In this document: positions 60,123 through 64,000 of the stretch, in pieces
Layout of the letters: each line of letters opens with the position of its first letter
Numbering within the stretch: the first letter of the stretch is position 1
Assembly (NCBI RefSeq): GCF_004010195.1
Contig: NC_057720.1
Span: forward strand, 7,429,117 to 7,493,116
Direction: 5' to 3'
Source of the DNA: Chiloscyllium plagiosum
Lineage: Eukaryota
DNA: 64,000 nucleotides
Notes under the pieces: generated by a model
Databases searched by the model: none
The model's input: only the letters and a program-made list of their open reading frames with translations
What the model was told of the DNA's origin: nothing
Made by a program: the position numbers and the translations under genes

Positions 60123-61173
60123 TTTTCTCGTCTGTGTTCCTATATCATCCAACTGAGGAGCAATGCCAGGGTTCGTCTGCCAACACATGAGTGGAAACTG
60201 CAGCCATTGCCTTATTAAGGATAATGAAATAATTTGTGCAGTCCTCACAGCCCCTTAAAATGCTGCTCCACCTTTTCAGGGGAAAAAGCAAAAGCACAGA
60301 AGAGGCAGCAAAGAGAGAGGAATGTATATGACAAATGCACTTTAGCTCCTACTCTGTGATTGATGGATTAATAGAATTATCCCATTAAATATAGTTTCCA
60401 GGCAAGATGTATTAAGACATAACAGGGATAGATTTTGCATGTTTATATCTAAGTCAAATTGATCTTTTTTCTAACAGATTCTTTTATTTTGACATTCAGC
60501 AAGCGTGGACCTTTTGAGTTATTTGCTACTGATGGGCTCGCACCCTGGGAGTCTGACAGGGATTTCTCAGAGAAGGAAGCGGACAGGATTGCAATAAAGG
60601 TTCAAATTAAGAAGGCCCTCTGGATCATTGGATCTGAGCTTTATTAGCAACCAGTTCTACCTTTTTTCTCATTATAACGTCAATCTGTTTCTTCTTAAAG
60701 TAGTCTGGTGTGCTGGCCTCCGCTGCTCTTCCCCGGTAACCCAATTTACAATGACCATTATCTCAGTAAGCAGACTTACCAGATAGACATCAGTACCCTG
60801 CAGTGCTTATCGCACACTTCATTTTGGGTCCTTAATTCTGACACATGCCTGAGGCCTACCATTGTTAAGGCACGTTGGAGCCTTCTAATTAATTCTTGAA
60901 GGTGTACAACAACAACATACGTTAGGATAGCACAATTCACGACGACAGTGGATAAATGGAATTTTTTCGGTTAATTCACTAAAGTGATCCCCCAGCTGGT
61001 GACAGAAGCATTGTCAAACAGCACTTAACAAGGCGTCATGTCTGGGGATATTTGGGCAATTAAGGGAAATGGCGTCCAAGAGTTAGGTTTTAAGAGTGTG
61101 TTGAAAGGGGCAAGAGACCTTATAGCAGAACACTCCAGAGCTTAGAGCCCAGGCAGAGGAAGATGCAGGTCAT

Positions 61174-61491
61174 CAATGGAAGAGTGTGAAGGAAACAGGA
61201 GTACAGAAGAGGCCAGAGCTGGCAACAACACCTCAGTCATAAAGTCTTACAGCACAGAAACAGGCCCTTCGGTCCAACCAGTTCATGCCAACCATCGTCC
61301 AAAACTAAACTAGACCCACCTGCCTATGTTTGCAATGGAAGAGTGTGAAGGAAACAGGAGTACAGAAGAGGCCAGAGCTGGCAACAACACCTCAGTCATA
61401 AAGTCTTACAGCACAGAAACAGGCCCTTCGGTCCAACCAGTCCATGCCAACCATCATCCCAAACTAAACTAGACCCACCTGCCTATATTTG
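61174..61491. repeat. 159-bp tandem duplication (about 4 mismatches)
   Basis: caatggaagagtgtgaagg...acccacctgcctat(g/a)tttg at 61174-61332 and 61333-61491. Confidence 0.95.
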
Positions 61492-61843
61492 GCCCCTATC
61501 CCTCCAAACATTTCTTATTCATGCACTTATCTAAATGTCTCTTAAATGTTGTAACTGCACCCACATCCATCACTTCTTCTGGAAGCTCACTCCACACACG
61601 AACCATTCTCTGTGCAAAAACATTTCCCCTCATGTCTTTTATTAAATCTTTCCCTGCGCACCTTCAAAATGAAGCCCTTCATCTTGAAATTCCCCACTCT
61701 AGGGAAAAGACATCGGCCAGTCACCTTATCTATACCTCTCATTATTTTAAAAACTTCTATAAGATCATCTCTCAACCTCCTATGCTCCAGTGAAAACAGT
61801 CCCAGATTATCCAGCCTCTACTTATAACTCAAACCCTCCAATC
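61393..61843 (-). mobile_element. CR1 LINE 3' fragment (continues after the nested CR1 at ~62267-62320)
   Basis: Minus ORF RDDLIEVFKIMRGIDKVTGRCLFPRVGNFKMKG. Confidence 0.88.
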
Positions 61844-62004
61844 ACCGCCAAACCCTCCAAACACTTACAGTGTTTTAGCTTTTATTAATAGAGGGATAGA
61901 GTTCCTTATCCAGCCTCTACTTATAACTCAAACCCTCCAATCACCTCCAAACCCTCCAAACACTTACAGTGTTTTAGCTTTTATTAATAGAGGGATCGAG
62001 TTCC
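61807..62004. repeat. 99-bp tandem duplication (2 mismatches)
   Basis: ttatccagcctctac...agagggat(a/c)gagttcc at 61807-61905 and 61906-62004. Confidence 0.93.
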
Positions 62005-62266
62005 GGAACCATGAGGTTATGCTCCAGCTGTACAAAACTCTGGTGCGGCCGCACTTGGAGTATTGTGTACAGTTCTGGTCACCGCATTATAAGNNNNNNN
62101 NNNNNNNNNNNNNNNNNNNNNNNNNNNNNNNNNNNNNNNNNNNNNNNNNNNNNNNNNNNNNNTACATGGAATAGTGTAGGTTAGATGGGCTTAAGACTGG
62201 TATGACTGGTCGGCGCAACATCGAGGGCTGAAGGACTGTACTGCACTGTAATGTTCTATGTTCTAT
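61970..62266 (+). mobile_element. Young CR1 LINE spanning the assembly gap
   Basis: [40 protein letters not shown] before the gap; (ttctatg)n tail after it. Confidence 0.9.
62094..62162. other. Assembly gap (69 N)
   Basis: Run of N. Confidence 1.
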
Positions 62267-62689
62267 AATCCTGGTAACATTCTGGTAAATCTCTTCTGAA
62301 TCCTCACCAGCTTAGTATTATCCAGAGATCTCAGAAGGTGACACAGAAGTGACAATTTTGGACAGAGGTACGTGTAAACTATTCCAGATTAGATGGATAG
62401 GGATTCAAAGAGTCCTACAGCACAGAGACAAGCCCTGTAGTCCAACCAAAATGCCAACCAAAATGTCCATCCACACTAACCCCACTTCCATGCACTTGGC
62501 CCATATCCTTCTAAACCTTCCTATCCATGTATTTGTCCAAATGCCTTTTAAATGTTGTCTTGACTCTTTGAATTGTCTCATTATAACATATTTGTGCTGT
62601 CAACCAATTTCTTGGCCATGTTGGTGTGGGTGGGAAAGGTGGAACTGTACTGTCTGTGCTGCAAGGATGATTTCATAACTCACCTCTCT

Positions 62690-63445
62690 CGGTCAACGTG
62701 CCAGAGAGGAAATTCTAGGCTGGCAGTCCCAGAGCTGTGGGAGTGCTGCACTGTCAGAGACGCTGTCTTTTCAATGAGCTGATGAACTAAGGTCCATTCT
62801 GACCTCTCTGGTGGACATCAAAGAACCTACTTCAAACAGAACTCATGGAAGTTCTCCCCATTATCCTGGGCCAACGTTTGCTTTCCACAACCAACTGAGA
62901 TGAAAAAAACACATTATTTGGCTATTATCACAGTACTGTTTGTGCAGCATTGCAAATTAACTACACTGTAGTTACATCAATACATTGATTACACTTTGAG
63001 GGAGTGTTTTATTGGTTGTAAAACAGGTCGGACATCCTGTGGTTATGAACTACATTAAACAATTGCAAGATTCTTCTGTTCCTGCAGTGTCTATGTTGAG
63101 TCAGATGGTAACACAGCAGCCCAGGTTCAAAGTCCCCTTGAGCACAAACGTCATGGTCTGATACCCCAGTGCAATGATGAGGGAGTGCTGCACTAACAGA
63201 GGTGCCCTTATTTGGATCAAATGTCACACTGAACTCTTTGCCACCTCAACTGGATGTAAAACATCCCACTGTTTCAAAAAACAGTGAGCAGAAGATCTAC
63301 TACACCCTTGCCAATGTATTTACCCCTCAACCACAAGAAAAAAGCAGATTACCTCATTATGACCATGCTGCTGTTTGTTGGAGTTTCCTGTGAACAAATT
63401 GGTTTCTTTCCAACAATCCAACAGTGATGGTACCTCAAAAGTGAC
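62690..63445 (+). mobile_element. Two DeuSINE-like (SacSINE1/AmnSINE-related) relics
   Basis: gggagtgctgcactgtcagagacgctgtcttt...; gggagtgctgcactaacagaggtgcc...ggatgtaaaacatccca...ttgccaatgtatttacccctcaacc...gctgtttgttggagtttcctgtgaacaaattgg, resembling Deu-domain SINEs; family name assigned from memory of the consensus. Confidence 0.55.
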
Positions 63446-63454
63446 AACAGTGAC

Positions 63455-64000
63455 CATAGAACGTAGAACATAGAACTGTACAACGCAGGAGCCAGCCCTC
63501 TGGCCCACAATGTGCTGAACCTGACACCAAATTAAACAAATCCTTTCTGCCTGCCATATTCCTTCATTCCTTGCATTTTCATGTGCTTATCTAAAGCCCC
63601 TTAAACGCCCCTATCATATCTGCCTCCACCACCACTACCCTGGCAATGCGTCCAGACCCTCTGTGGAAAAAACTTGCCCCTCACATCTTCTTTGAACATC
63701 CCCTCCCTCACCTGAAATGGATATAAAGCACCAGAAGTTGTGAAGGTGATACCTGAGTGCAAATCTTTTATTTCTCTTTTATTTTGCTTTATTCTGACAA
63801 AATTCCCAACTTGGAGCATGCACTTGGCAATGCCACCCAACCTTTATTGCACAGGTGTACAGGGTGGTCAAGAAAGCATATGGCATGCTTGCCTTCATTG
63901 GTCAGGACATAGAGTATAAACATTGGCAAGTCGTGTTCCAGCTGTACAGAACTTTTGTGAGGCCACATTTGGAATACTGTGTACTGTCGCCACGCTCCCA
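63455..64000. mobile_element. CR1 LINE fragments (minus 63455-63720; plus 63850-64000)
   Basis: agaacatagaa tail and aacttgcccctcacatct; plus-strand [41 protein letters not shown]. Confidence 0.85.

Overview
Eukaryotic, repeat-dense vertebrate DNA, very probably a shark (elasmobranch): it carries many HE1-type tRNA-derived V-SINEs and dozens of CR1-clade LINE fragments. It also has Rex1/Babar 3' ends, DeuSINE-like relics, Tc1/mariner (Tigger-like) non-autonomous elements and Penelope-like elements (PLEs). No complete protein-coding gene can be supported; almost all ORFs in the track are decayed transposon fragments or chance ORFs. A transposon-poor, CpG-richer island at about 48-53.5 kb holds several strong minus-strand splice donors and CCAAT/CRE/G4 motifs. 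This suggests the 5' end (alternative first exons) of an unidentified minus-strand gene whose first intron(s) cover most of 1-49 kb. The most notable signal is about 14 minimal type-I hammerhead ribozyme (HHR) motifs (CUGANGA-N-stem II-GAAA-palindromic tetramer-H) in at least four PLE-related short-element families, with covarying stems. One intact copy sits directly downstream of a Penelope GIY-YIG ORF. A TSD-flanked insertion at 26943-27219 (215-nt unit) starts exactly at the predicted ribozyme cleavage site, a retrozyme-like architecture. A 483-bp near-perfect palindrome at 21816-22298 appears to have formed when a PLE insertion captured an inverted copy of 141 bp of flanking DNA. All calls come from reading the sequence by eye; no database search was possible, and repeat boundaries are approximate unless junction bases are quoted.
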